In this document: positions 53,351 to 62,554 of the stretch, one piece after another
Layout of the letters: every line of letters begins with the position of its first letter
Numbering within the stretch: the first letter of the stretch is position 1
Origin: an uncultured Gemmatimonadales bacterium
GTDB lineage: Bacteria > Gemmatimonadota > Gemmatimonadetes > Gemmatimonadales > GWC2-71-9
Length of the DNA: 64,000 nt
Assembly: GCA_963795085.1 (NCBI GenBank)
Contig: CAWCFX010000006.1
Span: 160,001-224,000, forward strand
Direction: 5' to 3'
Program-made: the position numbers and the translations under genes
Notes under the pieces: model-generated
What the model saw: the letters and a program-made list of their open reading frames with translations, nothing else
Database searches by the model: none
Told to the model about the DNA's origin: nothing

Positions 53351-54589
53351 ATGCCTGAACCAGTGTCGCCCGGCGCGCGCCTTGCTTCGCTGCCCGCCCT
53401 CGCCCTGCTGCTTTTCGGCGTCATGCTGATCAGCGTCCGGGAGATCCTCGGCCCATTTCTCGTCTTCGCGCTGATCCTGCTGGTGCTTTGGCCGCTCCGG
53501 TCCCGACCCGACGTGCGCCGCATCCTGATCGCGTCCGGCCTCCTGGCCGTCTGCTGGTTCATCTACAACTACAGCGCGCTGCTGGGGCCGTTCTTCGTGG
53601 CGGCCATCGTGGCCTACCTGCTGGCGCCGGCCGTCGCCTGGATGGAAAGCAAGGGGGTCCGGCGCGGCCTCGCCATCACCGGCGCCACCGTACCGGTGCT
53701 TCTGCTCGTGGCCGGCGTCATGTTCCTGACGATTCCCCAGGTCGTGGACCAGTCGGGCGAACTCGCTAACCGGCTGCCTCAGTTCGGCGAGAAACTGGTC
53801 GGCCTGCTGGAGGGCACCCGGGACCGCCTGCTCACCTTCCGGCTGCTGACCGAGGAGCAGCGCCTGTGGCTGCAGAACCTCAGGGCCGAGAACATCGGGT
53901 CCCTCCTCCAGGAAAACGGCGATGTCATCGCCCAGCGGGTCTGGGGATGGGCGCTCTCACTCCTGCGGCACGTGTGGAGCATCTTCGGCCTGCTCGGCTA
54001 CCTGGTGATCACCCCGGTCGTGGCCTTTTACCTGTTGAGCGACTGGCGAGCCGTGCTGCAGTCGGCGGAAACACTCATTCCTCCCGCGCGGCGGCCGGCC
54101 ATCCTCGCCTTCGTCGCCCAGTACGACAAGGCCCTCGGCGGGTTCATCCGGGGCCAACTGATCGAAGCAACGCTGGTGGCCGTCATCACCACCCTCGGCC
54201 TCCTGGTCCTGGGGGTGCCCAGCGCGCTGCTGCTGGGCGTGACCGCGGGACTCTTCAACCTGATTCCCTACATCGGGATTGTGATCTCGGCGGTGCCGGC
54301 GCTGGTCATTGCCCTGACGATGGCGGACCCGCTGGGCGGGCTCTGGCGGGTGGCGCTGGTGTATGGCGTGGTGCAGTTTATCGACGGAAACATCACCGGG
54401 CCGCGGATCGTGGGGGAATCGGCAGGGTTGCATCCCCTCTGGATCATGCTGGCCCTGGCCATCGGAGGAGCGTTGCTGGGGTTCATCGGGCTGCTGCTCG
54501 CGGTACCGCTGGCCATCCTGGTCAAGATGCTGGGCGAGCGTGCCCTGGTGTCCTATCGAGGGTCCGGCGCCTACAACGGCGCCGGGTAG
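53351..54589 (+). CDS. AI-2E family transporter
   Basis: AYLLAP, FIRGQLI, NLIPYIG, QFIDGNITGPRIVG...LHP, GLLLAVP. Confidence 0.92.
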   Translation: MPEPVSPGARLASLPALALLLFGVMLISVREILGPFLVFALILLVLWPLRSRPDVRRILIASGLLAVCWFIYNYSALLGPFFVAAIVAYLLAPAVAWMESKGVRRGLAITGATVPVLLLVAGVMFLTIPQVVDQSGELANRLPQFGEKLVGLLEGTRDRLLTFRLLTEEQRLWLQNLRAENIGSLLQENGDVIAQRVWGWALSLLRHVWSIFGLLGYLVITPVVAFYLLSDWRAVLQSAETLIPPARRPAILAFVAQYDKALGGFIRGQLIEATLVAVITTLGLLVLGVPSALLLGVTAGLFNLIPYIGIVISAVPALVIALTMADPLGGLWRVALVYGVVQFIDGNITGPRIVGESAGLHPLWIMLALAIGGALLGFIGLLLAVPLAILVKMLGERALVSYRGSGAYNGAG

Positions 54590-54590
54590 C

Positions 54591-55241
54591 TCACCGGGCG
54601 GCGAACCCCGCCGGGCCGTGCGACCCATCGCAGAAGGGTTTGCGGCCGGAGGCGCCGCACCGGCAGAACGACGCCCGCTGGCGGACGATCACAGTGTGGT
54701 CGGCGGCCACGATCTCCATCGGGCCCGACGCCCGGAGCGCCGCCCCGGCCAGCACCGTCACCACCAGCGGGCCGTCGTCCGCCCCGCCCGATACTTCTGA
54801 CTCTCCCGCCACATTTCCCCCATCGCTGAACCCCGCCGCGGTGTGGCTCCCGTCACAGAACGGCTTCCGGGCCGAGCGGCCACAGCGGCAGAGCGCCACC
54901 CGGGTATCGTGAAGGATCTCTACACCGTCCTCCCGCTCGACCCGGATATCGCCCCGCAGGTAGAGCGGCCCGTCGGGATCTACCCTGACGCGATTGACCG
55001 AATCCGCAGCTTCCTCCGGCCCGCCATCCTGCCGGGTATAGTGGAGCGCACCGGTGGGGCACTGGACGACCACGGCGGCCACCGTGGCAACGTCCGCACC
55101 CAACGGATCAATCCAGCGGCGACGGCGGGGGTCGAACACCAGCGGCGCCCCCCGCACACACGCCTCCGCATGCAGACAGCGGGAGCGGTCGAAGGTCAGG
55201 GTAAAGCCATCGCCAGCGTACTGATGCACCTTGTCGGTCAC
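54591..55241 (-). CDS. Divergent 4Fe-4S (Fer4_19-like) + two CDGSH iron-sulfur domains
   Basis: CLHAEACVRG..VFD....WIDP, CPTGAL, and CRCG.S..KPFCDGSH twice. Confidence 0.9.
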   Translation of the reverse strand: MTDKVHQYAGDGFTLTFDRSRCLHAEACVRGAPLVFDPRRRRWIDPLGADVATVAAVVVQCPTGALHYTRQDGGPEEAADSVNRVRVDPDGPLYLRGDIRVEREDGVEILHDTRVALCRCGRSARKPFCDGSHTAAGFSDGGNVAGESEVSGGADDGPLVVTVLAGAALRASGPMEIVAADHTVIVRQRASFCRCGASGRKPFCDGSHGPAGFAAR

Positions 55242-55247
55242 CGCATG

Positions 55248-55310
55248 TTCCTCAATTCCCTCAATTCCCTCAATTCCCTCAATTCCCTCAATTCCCTCAA
55301 TTCCCTCAAT
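55248..55310. repeat. Perfect 9-bp tandem repeat (CTCAATTCC), about 7 copies
   Basis: Units start at 55251, 55260, 55269, 55278, 55287, 55296 and 55305 (partial). Confidence 0.95.
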
Positions 55311-55313
55311 CTC

Positions 55314-56276
55314 CTAGATCTCCCAATTCGACCACACCACACCCCGCCCCGGCAGGGTTTCCTGGTATCCAGCGAGGGTCATTCTCAAGTCGGTCCAGTG
55401 GACCCGGAAACCCAGGGCGACCAGGTGACTGTAGGCTTCCCCGAACGCCGTCTGGCAACGGACGGAAACCCGGCGCAGCCCCTCGCCCAGGGTGGCGGCG
55501 CTGACCGCGCCGATCACGGCGTCAAAGGCCTCCAGGTCCTCGGCGACCAGCTTGAGGACCCGGACTTCATCCCGGGGCCGCCCCTCGGCGAGGGGGGCCG
55601 AGTGCCAGAGGGCGAATCCTGCCAGCCGGCCGTCCCGCCTGACCAGCGTGGTATCCCCGATCTGGAGGTCGAGCGTCAGCTGCAGTTCGCGGGTGAAGTC
55701 GAGCCCCGGCGCCAGCCGTTTGCTCAGCTCGCGGCATTCCGCCATCACCTTGAGATGCTCGGTGCCGGAAGACGACAGCAGTTCCCCCAGTGCCAGCGGC
55801 TTTCGCGGGACATCGCGGGTCAGAGTAACGGTGAGATGCCCGGGCACCAGGTCGAGCCGGCTGTAAAAGCCGATATTGTCCACCGTCCGCGGCATGGTTT
55901 CCAGCCCGATGGTGCGGGCGCCCCGGGCCCGGAGCCACTCGATGCCTTCCTGCACGACCGACTTGCCGAGGCCTTCGTTCTGGCGGTCGGGACGGACCGC
56001 CAGCGGCCCCATCCAGCCTTCGCTTCCGGACTGGTGCACCATGTTGAAGGCCACCGGCCGGCCATCGGGGTCGCGCCAGATCATGGCGCCGTCGCCGGCG
56101 TCCTCAATGGCGTAGCGCCAGATCAGCGGGTTCAGGTAAGGCACCCGCACCCCCACCAGGCCGTCCCGGCGATAGCGGTCCGTGAACGCCTCCGCAAAGA
56201 TCCGGTTGAGCGGCTCGATGTCGCGCACCGTGGGGCGCTCCGGGCCCCGGATCCCCCGCTCAGGCAGCCAGGCCAC
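55314..56276 (-). CDS. GNAT-family acetyltransferase (tandem-domain type)
   Basis: WMGPLAVRPDRQNEGLGK, NIGFYSRL. Overlaps the sbcC end. Confidence 0.8.
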   Translation of the reverse strand: MAWLPERGIRGPERPTVRDIEPLNRIFAEAFTDRYRRDGLVGVRVPYLNPLIWRYAIEDAGDGAMIWRDPDGRPVAFNMVHQSGSEGWMGPLAVRPDRQNEGLGKSVVQEGIEWLRARGARTIGLETMPRTVDNIGFYSRLDLVPGHLTVTLTRDVPRKPLALGELLSSSGTEHLKVMAECRELSKRLAPGLDFTRELQLTLDLQIGDTTLVRRDGRLAGFALWHSAPLAEGRPRDEVRVLKLVAEDLEAFDAVIGAVSAATLGEGLRRVSVRCQTAFGEAYSHLVALGFRVHWTDLRMTLAGYQETLPGRGVVWSNWEI

Positions 56277-58674
56277 CGGGGCCTCCGATTTCCCGGATGA
56301 ACGACGTCCCGCGGTCGAGATCCACATCCACCCTGATCATGCGATCCAGCATCGGCACCGATTCGACATGAGTAATGAGCAGCACCTGGGGGAAACGGTC
56401 GGCCAGCCCCCGCAGCAGGTCCACCACCGAGAGCCGGCGCTCCTCGTCGAGCGACCCGAACACTTCGTCCAGCACCAGGAGCGAGAGCGGCTGGCCGGCC
56501 CGGTCGGCGATCATCTGGCTGATGGCCAGCCGCAGCGCCAGGTTAACCATATCCTCTTCGCCCCCTGAAATCACCGTCCGCTCCTCGCCGTCCTGAATCA
56601 CCCGCGCCGCGTAGTCCTCGTCCAGCTCCAGCTCGGCATACCGGCCGGCCGTCATGTCCCGCAGGAAGATCGATGCGCTCTCCGACAGCCGGGGCCGCAA
56701 GCTGTCGTTGAGTTCGGTCCGCAAGTCGGTAAAGGCCCGGTCCACCTCGGCGTGGAGCTTGAGGACGGTGGTCATCTCCCGCGCTTCCTTTTCCCGGCGG
56801 GCCCGCTCTTCCCGGCGCCGCGCGACCTGTATCAAGGCTTCTTCGGCCGCCCCGATATCCGCCCGGATGCGGATCACGCTGAGGTCGGCGTCGCGGCGCG
56901 CCTGGTGGGCCCGCTCGGCTTCGCCCAGGAGTTCGGTATAGTCGAACTCCCGGTAGCCCAGGCTCTCCATTTGCTGGCGCACATCGCGGGCGTGCTTTTC
57001 CCGTTCGGACAGCGCCTGCTCCGCCTGCTCGAACTCCTGGACCAGCAGCTCGGCCCGGTCGGCCAGGACCCGGAGCCGCTCCACCTGCAGCCGGGTGTCT
57101 TCGAGTTCGTTCAGTTGGCGGCGAACGTCCTGGTGCCGCTTCCGATCGTAGGGCGCGGCCGACGCGGCCAGCTGCGCTTCCACCACCTTCATGCGGTCAC
57201 CCAGGCCGGCCTGTTCCTTCCGGAGCGCCGGCTCCTCCGCCGCGTGGCTGCGCAACTGGGCTGCCCGTTCGGTGAGTTTCTGGATCTCCCGGTCAGCGGC
57301 GGCCACGCCCTTCTCTGCCTTGGCCAGATCGGCCGGCGGCCTGGAAAGCTGCTTATCACGCTGGCGGTAGTACTTACCGTTGTCCGCCACCGCCTGCAGC
57401 TGGCGCTCCAGCAGGCCTTTGACATTTTCGAATTCCTTGCCCAGCGGCCGGGTGCAGGTCGGGCAGGCTCCGTCAGGGCCCAGCTGGTTGATCCGGTCCA
57501 GTTGCTCCTTGAAGTCGCGGAACTGGGCAAGGTGGCTCTCCAGCTTGGTCTTGACGTCCTGGCCATCGCGGACCCACGCGGTGCGGCTCTCCTCCGCCTG
57601 CGCCGCCAGCACGGCGCGCTCGCCGCGTTTCTGTTCCAGCGCCCGGGATGCCTCGGCCACCGTCTCCGGGGTGGGCAGGCCGGCCATCCGCTCCCGGATC
57701 ACCTTGTCCCGCCCGCGGAGATCCTGCAGCTGGGCCTCGAACCCCTGCCGCGCCGCGACGGTGCGCTCCAGGGCGTCCAGCGATTCGCCTTCCGCCTTGA
57801 GCGCCGGCAGCGGTCCCAGCTGGTCCATCAGGGGCTTGAGCCGGTCCCGCGCCGAGACGGCCTCGATGAGCTGGCGGTCCAGCTGCTCGTGGCGGTCTCG
57901 AGACTCCGTCACCTTGTGGTCGGCGAGCTTCAGTTCGCCGTTCAGTTCGGCCACCTTCTGCTTCAGCCGATGCATGGCTTCCAGTCTTGGCTTGAGCGCG
58001 TCCACCGCCTGGGTGGAGACGGCCAGCGCCTTCGTCGCTTCGGCTTCCGCCGCTTTCCCCCGCTCGATCCGCGCCTTCACCATGGACTCGTCGGCCTCCA
58101 GCTCGGCCGTGTCGAGCAGAGTGCTCTCGAGGGTCTGCAGTTGCGCCCGCAGGGCCGTCCTCCGCTCGCGGAGACGGTCCTGGGCCTCCTTCAGCTTTTC
58201 ATACCCCAGCACCCGGGACAGGAACTGGGCCTTCTCCGGCCCGGTCATGGCCGCCATGACCTTGAGTTCCTTCTGGCCGGTGAAGTAGGTGTTGAAGAAA
58301 TCGGGGCGGGTCATCCCCAGGATCTGGCTGAGCCGCTCTGTCACCGTGCCCAGCGATGTCGTCATCGGGGCGGTCTCCCCGTCCTGGTACAGAAAGGCGT
58401 TGCTCAGGGTGCGGACCACCCGGTAGCGATGCGGGCCGAGGGTGAACTCGACCTCGACGCTGACCGCGGACCGCGGCGGGGCCTGGCGGCGGCGGATCGA
58501 GTCCTTGCCGCCCCGGGCGGCCGGCGTCCCATAGATGGCCCAGGCGAGGGCCTCGAGGATGGTGGTCTTGCCCGCGCCGTTGGGGCCCACGATGCCGGTG
58601 AGGCCGACGCCGAGGACCAGCTCGGTATCCTCGTGCTGGCGGAAGTTGACCAGGCGGAGGCGGTTGATGAGCAT
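56260..58674 (-). CDS. sbcC: SbcC/Rad50 SMC-type ATPase
   Basis: GPNGAGKT, coiled coils, CPTC zinc hook, ISGGE, LVLDEVFGSLD, LITH. Confidence 0.92.
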   Translation of the reverse strand: MLINRLRLVNFRQHEDTELVLGVGLTGIVGPNGAGKTTILEALAWAIYGTPAARGGKDSIRRRQAPPRSAVSVEVEFTLGPHRYRVVRTLSNAFLYQDGETAPMTTSLGTVTERLSQILGMTRPDFFNTYFTGQKELKVMAAMTGPEKAQFLSRVLGYEKLKEAQDRLRERRTALRAQLQTLESTLLDTAELEADESMVKARIERGKAAEAEATKALAVSTQAVDALKPRLEAMHRLKQKVAELNGELKLADHKVTESRDRHEQLDRQLIEAVSARDRLKPLMDQLGPLPALKAEGESLDALERTVAARQGFEAQLQDLRGRDKVIRERMAGLPTPETVAEASRALEQKRGERAVLAAQAEESRTAWVRDGQDVKTKLESHLAQFRDFKEQLDRINQLGPDGACPTCTRPLGKEFENVKGLLERQLQAVADNGKYYRQRDKQLSRPPADLAKAEKGVAAADREIQKLTERAAQLRSHAAEEPALRKEQAGLGDRMKVVEAQLAASAAPYDRKRHQDVRRQLNELEDTRLQVERLRVLADRAELLVQEFEQAEQALSEREKHARDVRQQMESLGYREFDYTELLGEAERAHQARRDADLSVIRIRADIGAAEEALIQVARRREERARREKEAREMTTVLKLHAEVDRAFTDLRTELNDSLRPRLSESASIFLRDMTAGRYAELELDEDYAARVIQDGEERTVISGGEEDMVNLALRLAISQMIADRAGQPLSLLVLDEVFGSLDEERRLSVVDLLRGLADRFPQVLLITHVESVPMLDRMIRVDVDLDRGTSFIREIGGPGGLAA

Positions 58675-59849
58675 CAGCCCTGCACCACCCCGCGCTCGAC
58701 GTCATCGAACACGTCCAGGCCCAGGCGCTCAAAGGCCGCCCGGTCGAGTTCGCCGGGCAGCGGCCGGTACTGCAGGTATTCCTGGAGAAGATGCCGCAGG
58801 GTCTTCCGCTGCCCCGGCACCACCAGTCCGGAGTCCTTTTCCGAGTCCGGCCGGCGCACATCGAGGTGAAAGTGGAGCGCCTTCGCCTTGCGCTCCCGGA
58901 TGGCGGTGTGGTTCAGCTCCCGCCCGATGTGCCGGGGCAGGTTGTACACCACCAGCCGCACGATCTGGTCAGTGAGGCCGCCGGGAATATTGTCCACCCG
59001 CTCCCGGATCATGGCGTCGATGTCGGCGGCGTTGCGGCCCGCCGCCTCGACAGGATCGAGGTCCATCACCCGGCGCGCCGCGGGGACCGGCTGGAACTCG
59101 GGAACGCCCCGGTCCACGTCCACCAGCAGCCAGCCCTTTCCGGGGACCCGGCGGGTGCCTTCGTCGCGCAGCTCGCCCCACGGGTTGGTGGTGACGTAAT
59201 CGAGCGCGCCGGCATACCAGGCCCGCGGACTCACCTCCATGCGCACGTGGTAGTGGCCCAGGGCGACGTAGCTCCACTCGCCCTGGCGCAGGTCGCCGGT
59301 GGTGAGAATCGGGCCGCCCTGGTCCATGGTTCGCTCGGCGTAGGGCAGCTGTTCGTGAACGCCGTGGATCACCAGCACCTGGCGCCGCTCGGGTCCGGCC
59401 GGCTCCAGCACCGGCCGGGGGGTAGCGGCCAGGGCCTGGTGGGGCACCGCGAGCACGCTCAGGTCCAGCTGGGGATATACCAGCCGGCGAGGTTCGTCGT
59501 GGGCGACATCCACGCCGAGGGTCTCAAAGAGCTTGAGGATGGTCCCGGTTTCGGTCGAGCGAGGAGTGTCGTGGTTGCCGGCGATGAGAATGATGGGAAC
59601 GTTGGGAAGACCTTCCCGCATCCGGTGGATCTGCTGGAACGCGAACAGGATGGCGGGGTTGGACGGGCGCACGGAGTGGAAGAGATCGCCGGCGATGATG
59701 ACCGCGTCGGGCCGGGCCTCCAGGACGCCGTCCACGGCGGCCCGGAAGGCGTTCGCGACATCGGCTTCCCGCTGGTTGATCCCGTTGGGGGTCAGCCGGT
59801 AATACTGGCGGAAACCCAGGTGGGCATCGGCTAAGTGGGCGATTCTCAC
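58674..59849 (-). CDS. sbcD: SbcD/Mre11 nuclease
   Basis: ADAHLG, AGDLF, AGNHD, ALGHYH. Real start is GTG 59849; the ORF extension is a translated repeat. Confidence 0.92.
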   Translation of the reverse strand: MRIAHLADAHLGFRQYYRLTPNGINQREADVANAFRAAVDGVLEARPDAVIIAGDLFHSVRPSNPAILFAFQQIHRMREGLPNVPIILIAGNHDTPRSTETGTILKLFETLGVDVAHDEPRRLVYPQLDLSVLAVPHQALAATPRPVLEPAGPERRQVLVIHGVHEQLPYAERTMDQGGPILTTGDLRQGEWSYVALGHYHVRMEVSPRAWYAGALDYVTTNPWGELRDEGTRRVPGKGWLLVDVDRGVPEFQPVPAARRVMDLDPVEAAGRNAADIDAMIRERVDNIPGGLTDQIVRLVVYNLPRHIGRELNHTAIRERKAKALHFHLDVRRPDSEKDSGLVVPGQRKTLRHLLQEYLQYRPLPGELDRAAFERLGLDVFDDVERGVVQG

Positions 59850-59895
59850 GGCTTTAGAATGGCCGCAGAGGGGCCGGGAGGCAAGCCGGGCGGGG

Positions 59896-60031
59896 GGGAC
59901 AGTGGGACAGTGGGACAGTGGGACAGTGGGACAGTGGGACCGTGGGACCGTGGGACAGTGGGACGGTGGGACAGTGGGACCGTGGGACGGTGGGACCGTG
60001 GGACAGTGGGACCGTGGGACCGTGGGGCAGT
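59896..60031. repeat. 8-bp tandem repeat GGGAC(A/C/G)GT x17
   Basis: Continuous 8-bp periodicity from 59896. Mainly position 6 varies; the last unit is GGGGCAGT. Confidence 0.95.
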
Positions 60032-60067
60032 GGAGAGGCCGGGCAGCCGGGAAGCCGGGCGGCACTG

Positions 60068-60118
60068 TGTCATCCCGAGCGAAGCGAGGGATCTCAAGGT
60101 TGCCTTATCGGGATGTCT
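60068..60118. repeat. REP-like element half-site (GTCATCCCGAGCGAAGCGAGGGATCT)
   Basis: Resembles the widespread GTCATCC(C/T)GAGCGAAGCGA(G/A)GGATCT intergenic repeat. CATCCCGA can pair with TCGGGATG downstream. Confidence 0.55.
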
Positions 60119-60258
60119 TTCTCAAACGTCTCACTTCTCCCGCTTCGGCCGGAGTATCCACTGGGAAATCCCGCCGGGGCCGGGTCAGCGGGGTGATGCT
60201 GAGAGAGTTCAGCCTGTTGCGCTGGCGGAAGTCCCGGTTGGCAACGGCAAAGTGATGC

Positions 60259-62550
60259 TCACGAATTTTTTCGATGGTCCCGGGAGGGACCCGAAGGCGA
60301 TTGGACGGGCGGGTGTTGTCCCGCTAGTGCTCCCAACACAGAATCGACCAGCCGGACCAGCGATTCGGGCGAGAACGGCTTCTGGATGAAGGGTGAGCCC
60401 TTCGGCAGCAGTCCCCTGAGGACGCGGTCATCACCGGTGTACCCGGACATGAACAGCACAGGTAAGCCCGGGCGGTGCCGGGTGAAGGCATCCGCGACAT
60501 CGCGCCCATTGATACCGGGCATGATGATGTCGGTTACCAGCAGATCGGGCATGTTCGCCGCGTCCAGGCTGTCCAGCGCGTGCTGCCCGTCCATGGACTC
60601 CTCCACCAGGTAACCCGCATCCTCGAGTGAGCGGCGCGTAATCTGGCGTACCGCAGGGTCATCTTCCACCACCAGGATCCGAGTCTGGCTGGTCCTGGCG
60701 CTGGCCCGCCGGGACGGAAGTTCCGCCGCCTTCACCAACTGACCGGCGTCGGCCAGCGGCAGATAGACTTTCACCGTGGTGCCCAGCCCCGGCTCGCTGT
60801 AAGCCCAGACGAAGCCTCCGTGCTGTTTCACGATTCCGTACACCATGGACAGCCCCAGCCCCGTCCCCTGCCCCACGCCCTTGGTCGTAAAGAACGGTTC
60901 GAAGACCTGCTGCAGCGTTTCTCTCGTCATCCCGGAGCCAGAGTCGGAGAAACTCAGCAGCGCGTAGGACCCGGGCACGCTGTGGATGCCGCCGTGCAAC
61001 CGGCCATAGCCTTCGTCCAGGGTGACGTGGCTGAGCCCGATGGTCAAACGGCCACCGGTGGACAGCGCGTCACGGGCATTGGCCGTGAGATTGATAAAGA
61101 CCTGTTCCAGCTGGGTAGGGTCGGCGTCCACGAAGGTCGGCGGACCCTCCGCGGGAATCTCCAGGTGCAGATCGGCCCCCATCAGCCTGGTGAGGAGGGG
61201 ACGCAGTTCCTGCAGGACCGGCAGCAGCGCGAGCCGCCGGGGCTGAGTCACCTGCCGCCGGCTGAATGCCAGCAGCTGCTGGGCGACCTTGGCGGTCCGT
61301 TCCGCGGCGCTGATCATCTGGCGGATGTCGTCGGCCGCTGCCGAAGCCTTGTCCATGGCCCCGAGCGCGAAGCGGCCGCACCCGATGACCACGGTCATCT
61401 GGTTATTGACCTCGTGGGCCATGCCCCCGGCAAATGTCCCCATTGACTGGAGTTTCTGGACCTGGCGCAACTGCTGCTCGGTCCGCATGGCCTCCGTGAT
61501 GTCGGTCGCGGAATTGACCCACTCGGAGCCGGGCGGTGTATGACCCTCAACAGCCACCCGCCGGATGGCCATCAACCGCCAGGCGCCGTCGTACCGGCGG
61601 ACCCGGACCTCCGCTGCCCCCTGAGACTCGGTGCGGATTCTGTCGGGCTCCAGGACCTGGCCGCGCTCATCCGGGTGGATGGCTTCGGCCCAGCCGGTGC
61701 CCTGGCAATCCGGCTCGGACTGGCCAGTGAACTGTCGCCAGGCTTCGGCGTCCGCGACGATCCGGTTGGCCGCATCGGTGACCCAGATGACGCTGGTCGT
61801 CGCCTCTACCAGGGCCCGGTACCGGTCCTCTCGCCGCGCCGCGGCGGCCAGGGCCTGGGCGCGGGCAGCCGCCTCGACCTCCAGCGAGGCCGCGGTGCTC
61901 AGCAGGAGACTGGTCTGGGCCTCCAATTCGGCGGACTGTTCCTGCAGATGTTCGTAGCTCGATTCCAGCTCAACTGTCTGCTCCTTGAGCCGGGCATGCG
62001 CCTCCGCCAGGGCCTGTCCCCGGGTTTCGGCCCGCTGCAGCGCGTCCTGGAGGGCGCCCCGCGTCGTATCCAGCGCCCGCGAGAGGACCGTCGCGCGGGC
62101 CGCGGTTTCCCGGGCTACCTGCGCCCGGGCTGACGCCGTGGCCGCTGCCAGTTCCCCGGACAGCGCGCCAGCCACCAGCGGCAGGAGCAACAGAAAGGCC
62201 GCCCGGTCGGGAGCGGGAGCGGCCGAGCCACCGATCAGGGCGCACACGGACGCGCCGCCTTCCGCCGGATAGCCGCGGACCGGCCTCGGCGCACTATCCC
62301 CGGCCAGCCGGAGTGAACCCGTGACCTCCTCTCCCGCAATAACGGAGCGAAGAAAGGCCTGCCACGCGGAGCCATCGGCGAGCTTCTGGGAGTAGCCCGG
62401 GGCCGGAAGGTAGAGCCCCAGGTCGGGATCGCGCAGAAAGATGAGGAGTGCCTCGGCACCGAAGCGGGCGGCCAGGGCCTGGCTGGCCGCCTCGCGGTGG
62501 CCCGGCTGGATCAGCCGGGAGGCTAACCCCGCGATCACGTCATCAATCAT
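60259..62550 (-). CDS. Cytoplasmic hybrid histidine kinase (coiled coil-PAS-HisKA-HATPase-REC)
   Basis: [43 protein letters not shown]...KPF. Confidence 0.92.
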   Translation of the reverse strand: MIDDVIAGLASRLIQPGHREAASQALAARFGAEALLIFLRDPDLGLYLPAPGYSQKLADGSAWQAFLRSVIAGEEVTGSLRLAGDSAPRPVRGYPAEGGASVCALIGGSAAPAPDRAAFLLLLPLVAGALSGELAAATASARAQVARETAARATVLSRALDTTRGALQDALQRAETRGQALAEAHARLKEQTVELESSYEHLQEQSAELEAQTSLLLSTAASLEVEAAARAQALAAAARREDRYRALVEATTSVIWVTDAANRIVADAEAWRQFTGQSEPDCQGTGWAEAIHPDERGQVLEPDRIRTESQGAAEVRVRRYDGAWRLMAIRRVAVEGHTPPGSEWVNSATDITEAMRTEQQLRQVQKLQSMGTFAGGMAHEVNNQMTVVIGCGRFALGAMDKASAAADDIRQMISAAERTAKVAQQLLAFSRRQVTQPRRLALLPVLQELRPLLTRLMGADLHLEIPAEGPPTFVDADPTQLEQVFINLTANARDALSTGGRLTIGLSHVTLDEGYGRLHGGIHSVPGSYALLSFSDSGSGMTRETLQQVFEPFFTTKGVGQGTGLGLSMVYGIVKQHGGFVWAYSEPGLGTTVKVYLPLADAGQLVKAAELPSRRASARTSQTRILVVEDDPAVRQITRRSLEDAGYLVEESMDGQHALDSLDAANMPDLLVTDIIMPGINGRDVADAFTRHRPGLPVLFMSGYTGDDRVLRGLLPKGSPFIQKPFSPESLVRLVDSVLGALAGQHPPVQSPSGPSRDHRKNS

Positions 62551-62554
62551 CGGC

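Noticed and set aside
54843..56300. 485-aa + strand ORF containing LNSLNSLNS
   Set aside because: Antisense shadow of the CDGSH and GNAT genes reading through the 9-bp repeat.
56260..59849. SMC-based defence system (Wadjet/Lamassu)
   Set aside because: Zinc-hook Rad50 plus Mre11 phosphoesterase is ordinary SbcCD. No kleisin, KITE or effector genes.
59850..60255. ORFs with CPTVP / GTVGQWD repeats, including the N-terminal extension of SbcD
   Set aside because: Translations of the 8-bp tandem repeat. SbcD homology starts at GTG 59849.
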